DNA from: Octopus vulgaris
Lineage: Eukaryota
NCBI GenBank assembly: GCA_951406725.2
Contig: OX597817.1
Location: forward strand, 47,430,001 to 47,494,000
Length of the DNA: 64,000 nucleotides
Reading direction: 5' to 3'
Of this stretch, positions 40,001-53,584 are shown one piece after another. The notes beneath the pieces were generated by a model. That model was not told the DNA's origin. It was given only the letters and a program-made list of their open reading frames with translations, and searched no databases. The position numbers and the translations under genes are program-made. Every line of letters starts with the position of its first letter. Within the stretch, counting starts at the first letter, position 1.

Positions 40001-40899
40001 CACTAAGCCATGCACCTCCACATTTATTCACATTCTTTTGAATTAATCATGCATTATCTCAAAGCTTTGAGATTTTGATGATGTGACTGTATGTTTTTAG
40101 AATGGCATTGTAGGCTACATGTGAGAGGCCTGATCTGGCTAGTTTGAACATAAAACAGGAAGAACATTTTGATTGGATATGGCCAGTTTAAATGCTAAAG
40201 GATTAAGTCACATGGCCTAGTGGTTCGAGTGTTGCCCTTACAATCACAAGAACAATGTTTCAATTCCCAGACTGGGCAGTGCATTGTGTTCTTGAGCAAA
40301 ACACTTCATTTCACATTGGTCCACTTCATTCAACTGTAAATGAGAGACCCTGTCATGGACTGGCATCCCATTCAAGAGGATTGCTGTGATCTTGGTCATT
40401 CAAATGGTGTAGAAACTGGATCACAGGCCCTAAGTGACTCAAGACAGTACTTACTGACTTACGGAGGGAAGAGTCAGAGCAAAGCTGTTGAGATAATGGG
40501 GTTCATGAGAATGCAGTAGACAATAAAAAAATGTCAAAGGAACAGAAATAACTGCAGAACAAACACTAAAAGGTACACAAAACTTGGTAATAGTTAAGAA
40601 TCCATAATAGATTTGCAAAAAGATCACCTCTTAAACTTAGTGAAACTTTAAGAGGTGGATGATAATTTTGGAAGACAGTTAAGTTCATAATAGCTTCTGC
40701 TATAGCCCCAGGTAGACCAAAGCCCAGTGTGCAGACTTGGTAGGAGGAAACTGAAAGAAGCCTGTTGTATATTTGTATGTGTGTGTGTAATGAATACACT
40801 ATCTAAATCGTTGGCTCCTCAACTGGGTTCCACATCACTTCAAGGGTCCTTATAAGATTTCGTGGTTGAAGTTTACATACAATAAATCAGTTATACTTT

Positions 40900-41085
40900 G
40901 TAGATCGTTAGCCACTACACACATTTTTTTCTCTCCTTGTTTTTTCTGTGTCCCTTTCTGTAGAAGAGCGTAGGCTCGAAACGTAAAAGACTTTTTCTAT
41001 TCCTGAGCGCTATACTAATACATCTGTTTGTTTTGTACACCACCTGTCTTTGTCTTTTGTTTATTTTTGAAAACTTTCCCTTTAT
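40900..41085 (+). mobile_element. Penelope-like non-autonomous repeat with hammerhead-like motif
   Basis: Copy of 8415-8610; motif at 40954-40989. Confidence 0.55.
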
Positions 41086-41106
41086 ATATATATATGTATA
41101 TATATA

Positions 41107-41431
41107 CTGTATTTGATGGCCTATACGATGCACGAGTGCATAGGACGCACCCTGGCCCAGGCTATACTTGTGTAAAATTACCACTAAAATAATTTTTTAG
41201 TTCCTCCACTTACCTGTATAACTATGTTATTACCAGTAATTATAAGCAATTTATTGCATCCACATTCAATATAAACATACTGTAGGCTAGGCTACTAGGC
41301 TACATCTATGTGACCCCTGATATATAATTTTGGCCAACAGTCGCGAGTTTTGAGCCTACATTGGACGCAGAAGGATTTTTAAAGCCATTTTGTGGTAAAA
41401 CTAGATGCATCTTATAGGCCATCAAATACTG
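41107..41431. mobile_element. pogo/Tc1-type MITE
   Basis: TA flanks and TIR c(t/a)gtatttgatggcctata(c/a)gatgca. Confidence 0.85.
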
Positions 41432-41439
41432 TATATATG

Positions 41440-41808
41440 CTTTTTCTCCTTTTACTTGTTTCAGTTATTAAACCATGCCCATGCTGGGGCAGTGCCTTCA
41501 AGCATTTTAGATAAGTGAGAGGACCCCAGTACTTATTTTTTTAAGCCTTGGTCTCTTTTGTTGAACTGTTAAGTTACTGGAACATAAACATACCGATACT
41601 AATTGCCAAGTGGTGGCAAGGACAAACAAAGACACAAACACACACACACATAAATATATGACAGGCTTCTTTCAGTTTTCTTCAACCAAATCCACTCACA
41701 CGGCTTTGGTCAAGCTGGGGCTATAGTAGAAGATACTTGCCCAAGGTGCCACGCAGTGGGACTGAACCTGGAACCATGTGGTTGGGAAGCAAACTTCTTA
41801 CCACACAA
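41440..41808 (-). mobile_element. SINE A
   Basis: Family A consensus. Confidence 0.82.
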
Positions 41809-41954
41809 ACGTATTTAATTATAAAAAAATAATAGGATTTTTAAACATTGAATGGCTTTGAGGATCCATCCTAGTAAATTAGGAATCAATGGGAATCCAT
41901 AGGAAAAAAACTTGTTAAGAATCACTGATCTAAATTCAAAGTGAAAACATTATT

Positions 41955-42600
41955 TAATGTCTATCGTCCATGCTGGTATTCGTTGGATAGTTTGACTGGG
42001 CTGGCATGCTGGAAGGCTATGCCAGGATTCAGTCTGATTTGGCATGGGTTTCTACAACTGGATGGCCTTCTTAATGCCAGCCACTCTGAGAGTGTAATGG
42101 GTGCTTTTACGTGCCACTGGCACAGGAGCCATTTACATGACATCAGTATCTGCCATGACTGTGATTCTGCTCAGCTTCATGGGTCTCTTCTCAAACATGA
42201 CATAATGCCAAAGGTTTTGGTCATTGCCTTCATGAGACCCAACACTCAAAAGGAACTCGGCCACCTCACTTCTGTGAGGCCCAACACTTGAAAGGAACTA
42301 AGCCAATCTGCCTTCATGAGGCCCAACAATCGAAAGGAACTCGGCCACTATGCCTCCATAAGGCCTAACATTCAAAAGGAACTCAACCACTTTGCCTCTG
42401 TGAGGCCTAACATTCAAAGGTTGATTTTTTACATGTCACCATAATGGGTGCACTTGGCTTAATGGGTCCTATTAAGCAGATCACATCGCCAAAGTTCTTG
42501 GTCACTAGTCTTTGCTTCTGTGAGGTTCAAAGTTCAAAGATCATGCTTCACCACCTCGTCCCATGTCTTCCTAGGTCTACCTCTAGCACAGGTTCCCAAT
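41955..42600 (-). mobile_element. RTE 3' fragment with internal 42-bp x5 tandem (about 42224-42420)
   Basis: Tail plus RT C-terminal remnant; gaggcccaac-like word at about 42234, 42276, 42318, 42360 and 42402. Confidence 0.75.
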
Positions 42601-42619
42601 ACTTTCCAAGGATAACATG

Positions 42620-42870
42620 TTGGGTTGATGCATAATTATTGCAGATTTTTTCCAACAAATTTTATTCAACAAAGACAATAACAACATGTAACAAAAACAT
42701 CTTTAAATGATTATTCCAGAGCATATCCACCATCTAATTTAATTACTGCTTCCCATTTGCTTAGCAGACGGCCAGACCGTCATTTAAAGATGTTTTTGTT
42801 AAATATTGTTATTGTTTCTGTTGAATAACATTTGTTGCAAAAAAGCAGCAATAATTATGCACCAACTCAA
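42620..42870. mobile_element. mariner MITE with transposase C-terminal remnant
   Basis: TIR ttg(g/a)gttg(a/g)tgcataattattgc extended to about 90 bp; minus strand reads RLLSKWEAVIKLDGGYALE*. Confidence 0.8.
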
Positions 42871-45049
42871 CATTTTCTTACCCTGGATTGGAAATTCCTC
42901 CTTTGAAATACGAACCATAGTATACAGTGCATGTCTAACCTGTTGCTAGCTATCGTCAATGATATAAATTTTTACTACAAGCAATAGCAACATATGGGAA
43001 CACACAAAGAAGTTCAAATCGGAAATTATTTTGCTTCTACCCAAGAGTGTAATCTGCGAGAACAACTAACATGATTTCAATAACATAAACAAAATTTTAA
43101 AAAAACTAATAAAAAACAAGTTTCAAAAAGCTTAGGTTGCACTAAAGGGTTGACAAAAACCCCAGATTCTGTCTTGGAGAAAGTAAACACAGAGCCAGCT
43201 GAGTAAGTAAAGCGATTATCTCTTCTGATCTAGTAATATTTATTTCGAATGTGTATTGATAAGCACACCTCTTGCATCATCTTCAATATTTCCTATAGCA
43301 TTGAGGTGAAAGAAAGAAAAAGAAAACAAAAATAACCAAAAACAAGTGAATAGAAAATAGTGAAAGAAATATTTTTCAATGACATTGTATCCTGAATGTA
43401 ACATTAGAAATTCTTAATGTCTATTTTAGTTGTACTTTATTTAATTTTTTGGATTTTATTTCAGTTACCTTATTTGTTTGCTTGTTTAATTGTTTACCAA
43501 TTTCTAAATGTTTTAAGCTCTCTGAAATGGTTCATAAAAATTGTGTATAGCAACATCAACTTATAAGCAGGAATTGCTTCTTTGGCGAAAACACCATCTT
43601 ATCGTCTTAATAAACGATACTGCATATCTTTTTATGGGTGTATAATACACTTTTAAAATAGGTATGCAGTTACATGCATTGACTGCAACAGCTAACACTG
43701 CACCTTGTTTTGTGCGAAAAAGAATGAAAATGAGATAAATTAAAAATTTAAAAATTTAAAGATGAAGAACAAAATTAAACTAATAGGTGTGAAGAAATAA
43801 ATGGGAGGAGAGAGTGGATGCAAAAATTTGAGAAGAAATTCAGTTTATCAATAAATGTATGCAAACTCTGTTGTGGGTATTTTATTTTTTTTTTATAATT
43901 TATTCATTTATTTATTTATTTATTCATTCATTCATTTATGTATTTATTTGTTTGTTTATTTTTCTTTTTGTTATCAACACTAGTCATAGAACATTAATAA
44001 ACCCAAATGTAACAAAACAGACATTATCAAATTACAGAACAACTGTCAACAATAAATGGGATTTAGCAGCAGGAGAACAGAATAACAACATTGAAATATA
44101 AAAATTTCAAGGAAAATAACAAAAAAAAAATAAATGATTTACACGCAAAGGAAAAAAAAAAAAACGAAAAGAGAAACATGACAAAAATCAAACAAAAAAT
44201 GCGTTTTTCTTTCAGAAAGAAGCAGGTTTTTGTTTCGTTTTTCCAGTAAAGTGAGAAAATAACATATTAACAGAGGTTTCTTAGAAATTGGAATAAAACT
44301 CCTTTGAGAAAAACAGGAGAGGAATTCAGAAGTATTTATTAGGATAAATATATTCCTTAACTGTAAAACTGCAATGGCTGTTTTGTCAACGAGAGTACAG
44401 AGGAGTCCAAAGAGATAATTATAAAGTTTCCATGTCAACACTTGCACACATACATACGAACAAATACACATATGCATACACACACACTCATACATACATA
44501 CATGCCAATACATATATATATACTCTTAGATACATCCATTTATGCATACATGTATGCAAATGGATATGAATACTGTTCACTTCCTAGACATTTGTACATT
44601 ACTGCATATGCTTTATACACACTTTTGACAAGTTGTGGTGCACCTGAGCACTGTATATAATAATTTCATTATTATTATTATTTAACAGGCTGTATTGAGT
44701 ACAGCAATTTGTATACACCCACTTAATTCTCTCTCTCTCTCTCTCAATATATATATATATATAATATGAGGGAATATTATTCCAAACTTACAGGGAAAAA
44801 TTCAATTTAGAAATACGAAATCAAATTTCACAAAATATAAGATATATATATATTAGGAAAAAAACCCACCTTTTATCAATTCAATAATGAAAAATTAAAT
44901 TATACCATTTAGAAAAATTACATATTATAGAAAGATTAAATATAAGATAAAACATATAACAATGCTTAAATAATGTGCAAAATAATAAATAAAACATATA
45001 TATTTGGTAGAATATATAATATATATATATATATATATATAAAACATAA

Positions 45050-46620
45050 AAGTGCCTGTGTGGCAACACATAATAGCACCCGTGTGGCACAACATAAAAG
45101 GACATTCTGTAAAGTGGCTGGTGTTAGGAAGGGCATCTAGTTGTAGAAACCATGCCGAATCAACAGGAGTCAGGCGCAGCCCCATCACTCCCACCACCAC
45201 TACCACCAGCTTGCCAGCTCTGGTTACACTGTCCAGTCCATGCCAGCAGGGACAACAGACGTCAAATGATGATGATGAAGATGTTGATATATAATCCTAT
45301 GAACTTGTAGATTAACATCTCACGAAATTTATAGCAACAACATCCAGGCTGAAGTCTTCACGAGGCTCCCAAGAATCCAGCTGATGACTAACTGCCGAAA
45401 TAAGGCAACTGGAGTAAAACTGAAGTAATTTATACTAATTATGCAAATATATGCAATAACTTTGACTCATAGAAGGTCAAAGTTCACAAAATACTCCTTG
45501 AAAAATTCTTAGGAGCTGAAGAGAGTGTCCCAATGGAAAGGAAGGGAAAAAAATGCTTGAAGACAGGAAAGCAGCAAAGAAAACAATAACTGTGAAAGAA
45601 AAGTAAAAATCAACTTTAAATCTTCTCCATATTTGCAAAAGAAATAACGCAGGAGTGGGTGTGTGGTAAGTAGCTTGCTTACGAACCACATGATCCCGGG
45701 TTCAGTCCCACAGTGTGGTACTTCTAGGGTAGATTTGGTAGATAGAAAATGAAAGAAGCCCATCATATACATATATATATATATATCATCATCATCATCA
45801 TCATTTAGCGTCCGCTTTCCATGCTAGCATGGGTTGGACGGTTTAACTGGGGTCTGTGAAGCCGGAAGGCTTCATCAGGCCCAGTCAGATTTGGCAGTGT
45901 TTCTACGGCTGGATGCCCTTCCTAACGCCAATTATATATATATAATAGGAGTGGCTGTATGGTAAGTAGTTTGCTTACCAACATGATCCCGGGTTCAGTC
46001 TCACTGCATGGTATCTTGGGCAAATGTCCTCTATTATACACTAGGGCTGACCAAAGCCCCGTGAAGGGATTTGTTAGATAGATAAAAATGAAAGAATAAA
46101 AGAATAACCCCTTTTTTTTTTTTTGGCATGCATTGTTGGAGGATTTCCAGCAACAGTCATTTATCAACCTTAGTTTCAAACTTGAGTCTAATCTCTTAAT
46201 ATCCAGGATTAAGACAGATCATATCAATTAAAAAATATATCATCGTTGTCATCTTTCAATGTGCATTACCATGTTGGTATGGGTTGGATGTTTGACAAAA
46301 TCCCATCTGCATCACACACCAGTGTAAACTTTGGCATGTTTTTGTTTTTTTATGACTGGATGCCCTTCCTAATGCCAACCACTTTACGGTGTGTAATGGG
46401 TACTTTTTTTTTCGTGTCACTGACACAAGTGAGGTTGCCAAGTTACTGATAAGACAGGAAAAGGACAAGAAAAATGAAAAATCCTCCTCAACTGAGGGAG
46501 GATTTGAGAGGTGGAGAGAGGTGGTTTTGGGCCAGGTGTTGGGAGGTTACAGTCTGAAAGAGGGGTCTTGCTACAGAAAAGATATATGGCTCACATTATA
46601 TAAGGGTAGGTGGGAGAAGT
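45050..46620. mobile_element. Interleaved RTE tails (45050-45285 +, 45785-45930 -, 46240-46620 -) and SINE A heads (45650-45770, 45948-46100)
   Basis: Matches to families C and A. Confidence 0.7.
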
Positions 46621-47422
46621 TGGGAAGAAGATAAGATGATAGTAAAGGAGTGCCAGAGGAGGAAGGGGGTGGGCGTAAGAGGAGATGCAGACACTGGATT
46701 AAGTACCAGTTGTGTACTGGAGTTGATCTAATCGACTGGCCTCCCTGCTCCCCAAAACTTTCGGGCCTTGTACCAAGTGCATGTGTGAGTGCACGTGCGC
46801 GTGCATGTGAGTGTGTGTGTGCATAAGCAGAGAGAAATGTATTGCTTGACTGTTGATCTAATAGGCATCTTCAAATCACCATAGAGATGTAAATATTAAA
46901 AAAAAAAAGAAAAATTTTCATCTGTGAAGATGAGGCTCATGGTATAAAAATATCATAACATCAGCTTGGGATTTGAAACTAGAGTCTTGTGAGGAGAAAT
47001 GTCAACATGATCATTACTTGTCACATGCACTCTTTGATATCAGCTCTAAATATCAGGGTGCCCTTTGGGCAGCAGCACATTTCATTAAAAGTCCTACTTC
47101 ATTCCAAATGTCAATCCACAATGAATCCAGCTCCTGTTCTATGGGATACCAATGAAAATCCTTCGCAGGTTAAATATGAACAGATCTAATTTCTCTCTGG
47201 AATTAACTAAGCCACCATTTATTTTCTACATCTGTAACTAAGCAAATATTTCTGTGACTGTATAATTCATTTTGTCCAGAAAGTTGCCTATGTTCTAAAT
47301 ATTGATCTAATGTCATTCAGAGAAGGGGTCTCTGTAAAAAAAAAATCCAGTCTTTTCATGATAATTTCTAATTTAAACGCAAGGCCAGATATGCTTTTTA
47401 AGCTTTTCTACTCTAGGCACAA

Positions 47423-47812
47423 TGTGGAGGCGCAATGAACCAGTGGTTAAGGCAGCGGACTCATGGTCGTAGGATCGCAGTTTCAATTCCCAGACCGGGC
47501 ATTGTGAGTGTTTATTGAGCGAAAACACCTAAAACTCCACGAGGCTCCAGCAGGGGGTGGTGTCGAACTCTGCAGTACTCTTTCACTACAACTTTTTTTC
47601 ACTCCTTCTTCCTGTTTCTGTTGTATCTGTATTTTAAAGGGCCAGCCATGTCACACTTCCTGTCACGCTGAATCTCCCCGAGAACTACATTAAGTGTATA
47701 CATGACTGTGGAGCGCTCAGCCACTTGCATGTTAATTTTACAATCAGGCTGTTCTGTTGATCAGATCAACTGGAACCCTCGTCGTCATAACCGATGGAGT
47801 GTCAGAAAAAAA
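47423..47812 (+). mobile_element. Full-length tRNA-derived SINE family G
   Basis: tRNA-like head with A and B boxes, A-rich end, 13-bp TSD actctaggcacaa (47410-47422, 47813-47825). Confidence 0.9.
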
Positions 47813-48400
47813 ACTCTAGGCACAAGGCCCAAAATATTTGGGGTGGGGGCCAGTTGATTAGGTTGAACCCAGTACGCAACTAGTACTTAATTTATCAACC
47901 CCGAAAGGATAAGAGGCAAAGTCAACCTCAGCAAAATTTTGAACTTAGAACATAAAGGCAGATGAAATACTGCTAAGCATTTCACCCATCATGCTAACAT
48001 TTCTGCCAGCTCAAGGCCTTAGAGACCTTCAGTATTTGTTTCTACCCTAGGAACAAGACCCAAAATCTTTGGGAAGGGGGCCAGTTGATTAGATCAACCC
48101 CATTGCACAACTGGTACTTAATTTATCGACCCTGAAAGGATGAAAGGCAAAGTCGACCTCAGCAGAATTTGAACTCAGTACATAAAGACAGATGAAATAC
48201 CGCTAAGCATTTCACCCAGCATGCTAACATTTCTGCCAGCTCACCGAAGCTGAAGTTTTAGTCAATTAAAACAAACTAGTACTTACCTAGCACTTAATTT
48301 TATCAAACTTGGAAGGGTGAAAGGCAAAGTTTACGTAATGAGCCAATAGAGGTACCCACAAAGCATTCTGTCTGACGGTCTAATGATTCTGTCATTCAAT
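47813..48400 (-). mobile_element. Tandem SINE B copies
   Basis: 47813-48015, 48035-48246 and a degenerate third copy. Confidence 0.8.
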
Positions 48401-48850
48401 CAGCCCTTATTTAGTCATTTAATGAGAGGAAAAAACATTCGGGTAGACTTAATCCCATAGTATTTCGATTACTCTGCCAAATGCAATGCTTATTTTTTCA
48501 TATTGTTTTGGAGTAGTCATATATCATCTCATAGCTTTGAGATTTTGATGATGTGTTTATTCCTTCTTAGAATGACATTGCAGGGTAGGTGTGAGATGCC
48601 AAATTTGGCTAGTTTGGGCTCGATGTGGCGGTTTTAAATGCTAAAGATTTAATCAATCATTCAGTTTACCATCATCACCTGGCAAATTCAGGTACCAGTA
48701 GCAGAGTCTACACTGAAGTAAGCATTCAAGTCAGGTCTCAGGTTTGAAGCACCCCCCCCCCTTTCCTTCAACCAGTCTTGCAGGCTCCTCAAAGAGTCAG
48801 AGGCACTACCTGCCCTCCAGACTAAAAAATACAAAAAAAATTAAATAAGA

Positions 48851-49023
48851 GGCACAAGAGTGGGTGTGTGGTAAGTAGCTTGCTTACCAGCCACATGGTT
48901 CCGGGTTCAGTCCCACAGCGTGGCACCTTGGGCAAGTGTCTTCAACTATAGCCTCGGGTTGACCAAAGCCTTGTGAGTGGATTTGGTAGACGGAAACTGA
49001 AATAAGCCTGTCGTATATATGTG

Positions 49024-49103
<80 letters not shown>

Positions 49104-49340
49104 TGTATGTATGTATGTATGTGTGTGTATACGTTGTGTATCTGTGTTTGTCCCCCCAGCATCACTTGACAACCGATGCTGGTGTGTTTAGGTCTCCGTA
49201 ACTTAGCAGTTCAGCAAAAGAGACTGATAGAATAAGTACTAGGCTTACAAAGAATAAGTCCTGGGGTCGATTTGATTCGACTAAAAGCGGTGCTCCAGCA
49301 TGGCCGCAGTCAAATGACTGAAACAAGTAAAAGAGTAAGA
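48851..49340 (+). mobile_element. Full-length SINE A
   Basis: tRNA-like head (gtgtggtaag...gggttcagtccc), CORE-like caccttgggcaagtg, central (TA)/(TATG) tract, aaaagag tail. Confidence 0.9.
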
Positions 49341-49933
49341 GTATCAGGTATATTCAGGCCTTTTGGAAGTCCTACAGTTCAACCATTTAGCACTCAGATT
49401 AATCTGTTAAATAAAACGCTTATATATTCACATTGCTTTGAATTAACCATGCATTATCTCATAGCTTTGAGATTTTCATGATGGGGTGGCTTATTTTCAG
49501 AACAGCATGGTAGGGTTGAGAGTTAGAACATAAAATAAGAAAAACAGCTGGACCAGATATGGCCAGTTTAAACAATAAAGGGTTGAAGTAGGTATAATTT
49601 CAAAACTGCATACAAGAAACCTGACTATTTACACTCCTCATCAGTTAGTATACACGTCCATTAAGCAGATGACAGGCTGGCTGGAATAATGCCTTTAATC
49701 ATAGTTCCGCTTGACCAGAACTAACATGGGGCTAACCAACGATGTCTGTTGGTGTATGGATCAAACTAAGTTGGACTCTGAGGGAAACAAAGTGAATACT
49801 ATGAACTAATAAACCTCTTAGTAATGTAATTGTGTGATCAACTCTACACCAGTAATCATTCCCTATTCAATATTCATTATTTAGATATCTAGATGGCCTT
49901 TGATTTTTATTGGTTATTCTCAAGAGATGGCAT

Positions 49934-49969
<36 letters not shown>

Positions 49970-50064
49970 GTATATGCATGGAGTATTTTAATATTGAGGG
50001 CATCATTTTGAACAGTTGACAGGGAGACAGAAAACTGAGACAAAGCTACCATATTCTGTAAAGT

Positions 50065-50068
50065 TGTT

Positions 50069-50099
<31 letters not shown>

Positions 50100-50980
50100 G
50101 GTAGTGGTGGTAGTGGCGGTTGTTTTGGTTATTGTACTGAAATATCACTGACAGTAGAGATAATGGCAGTGTTAGTGTTGCGGTTACCAATAAATAGATG
50201 GAGTCTAGTATGTTGGCTATCAGATGGCAATGGTAATAACAGGGTGGGCAATGCCAACGACAAAGATTGTGATGGTGATGGCCAACATCAGTGCCATCAT
50301 CATCTTCATCGTTCTTGTTATCACCATCATGATCATCATCATCATCAGAATCATAAGGTGAAGACAAACGCAGATGTCAACACTCACAATAACATTAATG
50401 GTGGTGGTGGTGGTGGTGTTGGTGTTGGTGTTGGTGGTGGTGGTTGCGGCGGCAGTGGTGGTGGTGGTGTTAGTGATTGTGATGATGATGGATGGTGATG
50501 GTCACAATGATGATAATGATGACAAATGACGATGACAATGATGATGATGATGATGATGATAGCTGCAGTGATAACGATGTTGATTTTATTATGAAAAAAA
50601 AAAAGAATTATATACACAAATAAACAAATAAATATTACTAACAAGATATTACTTGAGGCATGTCTTTGTGTTTGAAATAAAAATCCATTAACCTTTTCCT
50701 ATTTTTATTATTGTCATTTTTGTTTATCATCATCGCCATAATTATTACAATCATCATCAACGGCGGCGTCCTCATCATCGTCGTCGTCATCACCGCCGCC
50801 ACCACCGCCATTACCATCATTGTCATCATCATCATCAAAAGACATCACAACCATTAACATTATCACCACCACTGATCATCATTTTGCTTTTCTTCCCCCA
50901 CCACCACCGTCACCATCACCATCACCACTGCCAACACCGCCACCACCACCAACACTGCCGCCATCGCCACCGCCGACGTA
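50065..50980. repeat. (GGT)/(GAT)/(CAT)/(CAC) trinucleotide mosaic
   Basis: Direct reading. Confidence 0.9.
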
Positions 50981-51411
50981 CAATAGCAAACAAAGGATTA
51001 GTTGTTACATTAAAGCAAACATTAAAATTTCTATGAAGATAACATATTAAGCCAATCTCGGTAATACAGACATGGAAAAGATCAAAGACCTAATTTTAAG
51101 CCCATTAACATCTTATTATTCACCCTAATGAGGAAGATATTCTGTCGCGTGAAAGTGATTCCTTTTAATGAAAAGTACTTGCATACGAGTGAGTAATTAG
51201 AAATATGCAAGTTTGTTTTGTAAATCACTTTGATGCAACTACAATGTGTTAATAGGCATAGGTCGCGATTTAAATTTGCAAAAATAAAACTGGAGAGACA
51301 TTTATGTAGATGGATGTGCAGATGTGTGAGTGTATAAGTGTATATGTATGTGTGTATATATATATATATATATAAAATATATATATATATATATATATAT
51401 ATTTAAACATA

Positions 51412-51453
<42 letters not shown>

Positions 51454-52373
51454 CATATATACATACATGCATATAATATATATAAATAGAATATATATAA
51501 ATGTATATATATATATATATGTACACATACACACATATATATATATGCATTTTTATTTCATACACACACATGCACATATATACACATACATATATGATAG
51601 ATAAATACACACCCATACATAATTATACATAAATACATAGATATTCAAATTTTCATACATATCTACACACACACTAACAAACACATGCAAGTACGCACAC
51701 ACACAACACACACACACACACACACACATGTATAAGCATTTCAGAAAAATGACTCGAACTAAGATCAGAGTTGAAACTGGAACAATCACAAGAAAGGAAC
51801 GTCATGACAGCCATTTAAAACACCCACACATAAACATACGCATTCATTTTGTGTTGTATTTCTTAATCAGTTGAAAGATGCATGGAAAATGTCAGTGATG
51901 AGGTCACTGATGTACAACCAAACTTTTTTGACACTTCATAGGATGATACAGTACATTGAAAAGTGTAATGTATATGTGTGTACGCACATATGTACATACC
52001 TCTGTGTGTGTGTGTGCATGTGTGTGTGTGAGGCTTGTATGCTGGATGTGAAATGTCAGTGTATATGTTCCACAGAGTGCTAGTGTATTGAAAGAGAAGT
52101 TAGGCACAAGAGAAATAAGATGCAGTAAGCAAGAAAGAAGACTGTGTAATTTATCTTTTTGATAGAGGTCTTTGTCTTGTAAGATACTTAACAACCCTCT
52201 TGGTGCTGGTGCCATGTAAAAAGCAGCCAGTACACATGATAAAATGGACAGTATTAAGAAGGAGATCCAGCCACAGAAATTATGTCAAAGCAGACAAAGG
52301 AGTTTGGAGCAGTCTTCTGGCTTACTGGCCGGTTCATGCCAAACCATCTAAACAATGCTGATGATGATGACAA

Positions 52374-53430
52374 TGGGGCAAAGTTCATAGAGCTCTTACC
52401 TCTGCTGGTGACAAAGGGCCTCTCGCTCAGAGTAAAACATAGACTGTATGGCAATGAAACATGGGCCATGACTGCTGAGGACATGCGTAAGCTCGCAAGG
52501 AATGAAGCCAGTATGCTCCGATGGATGTGTAATGTCAGTGTGCATACTGACAGAGTGTAAGTGCCCTGAGAGAAAAGTTGGACATAAGAAGCATCAGATG
52601 TGGTGTGCAAGAGAGACAACTGTGCTGGTGTGGTCATGTGGTGAGAATGAATAAGGATAGCTGTGTGTAAAAGTGCCACACCCCGGTGGTTGAGGGAACC
52701 TGTGGAAGAGGTAGACCCAGGAAGACCTGAGATGAAGTGGTGAAAGACGACCTTCGAACTTTAAGCCTCACCAAGGCAATCACTAGTAACCAAGACTTTT
52801 GGAAATGTGCTGTGCTTGAGAAGACCTGGCAAGCCAAATGAGACCATAACCTCATGGCCTATGCCAGGGGTGTAACCAGCCCACCTATGCATACCTTTCC
52901 TTCATTGGACATTAAACTCTACTTGCGAAAACCTGTTGAGGCAAGTGAAATCGAAATCAAATTTGATGACTGGCATCTGTGCTAGTGGAGTGCTAAGAGC
53001 ACCATCCGAGCATGATCACTGCCAGAGCGGCTAACTGGCTTCTGTGCTGGTGGCACGTAAAAAGCGCGATTCGAGCATGATCGTTACCAGCGTCACCTTA
53101 CTGGCACTTGTGTTGGTGGCACGTCAAAAGCATTCGAGCAAGGTCATTGCAAGTGCCGCTGGACTGGCTCCTGTGCAGGTGGCACATAAAAAACACCATC
53201 TGAGCGTGACTGTTGCCAGTACCGCCTGACTGGCCCTCATGCCAGTGGCACGTAAAAGCACCCACTGCACTTTAGGAGTGGTTGGCGTTAGGAAGGGCAT
53301 CCAGCTGCCAGCTGTAGAAACTCTGCCAGATCAAGATTGGGGGTCTGGTGCACCCATCTGGTTCGCCAGTCCTCAGTCAAATCGTTCAAACCATGCTAGC
53401 ATGGAAAGAGGACGTTAAACGATGATGATG
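52374..53430 (+). mobile_element. 5'-truncated RTE-clade LINE: RT C-terminus plus full 3' UTR
   Basis: AKFIELLPLLVTKGLSLRVK...ETWAMTAEDMRKLARNEASMLRWMCNVS...WxGHVVRM...GRGRPRKT, then a subrepeated UTR ending (gat)n; stops and frameshifts present. Confidence 0.9.
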
Positions 53431-53520
53431 ATATATACATACATATATACATATATATACATACATATATATATATATATATACATACATATACATACAT
53501 ACATACATACATACATACAT

Positions 53521-53566
53521 CTGTCCTCACTTGTGGGAGACCAGAGTTCGATTCCCCGCTGGGGAG
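53521..53566 (+). pseudogene. tRNA-Asp-like 3' half fragment
   Basis: gggagaccagagttcgattccccgctggggag versus eukaryotic tRNA-Asp GGGAGACCGGGGTTCGATTCCCCGACGGGGAG; TTTT follows; 5' half absent. Confidence 0.65.
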
Positions 53567-53584
53567 ATCAGTTTTATATAGGCA

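Noticed and set aside
42882-42939. 58-nt minus-strand exon candidate (VRHALYTMVRISKEEFPIQ)
   Set aside because: Weak acceptor, would shift the PNPT1 frame, no PNPase similarity.
47423-47500. Functional tRNA gene
   Set aside because: The tRNA-like head continues into a SINE body with a TSD; other tRNA-like heads in the window are also SINEs.
51233-51248. 14-nt match to miR-33 on minus
   Set aside because: Seed differs and there is no hairpin partner arm.
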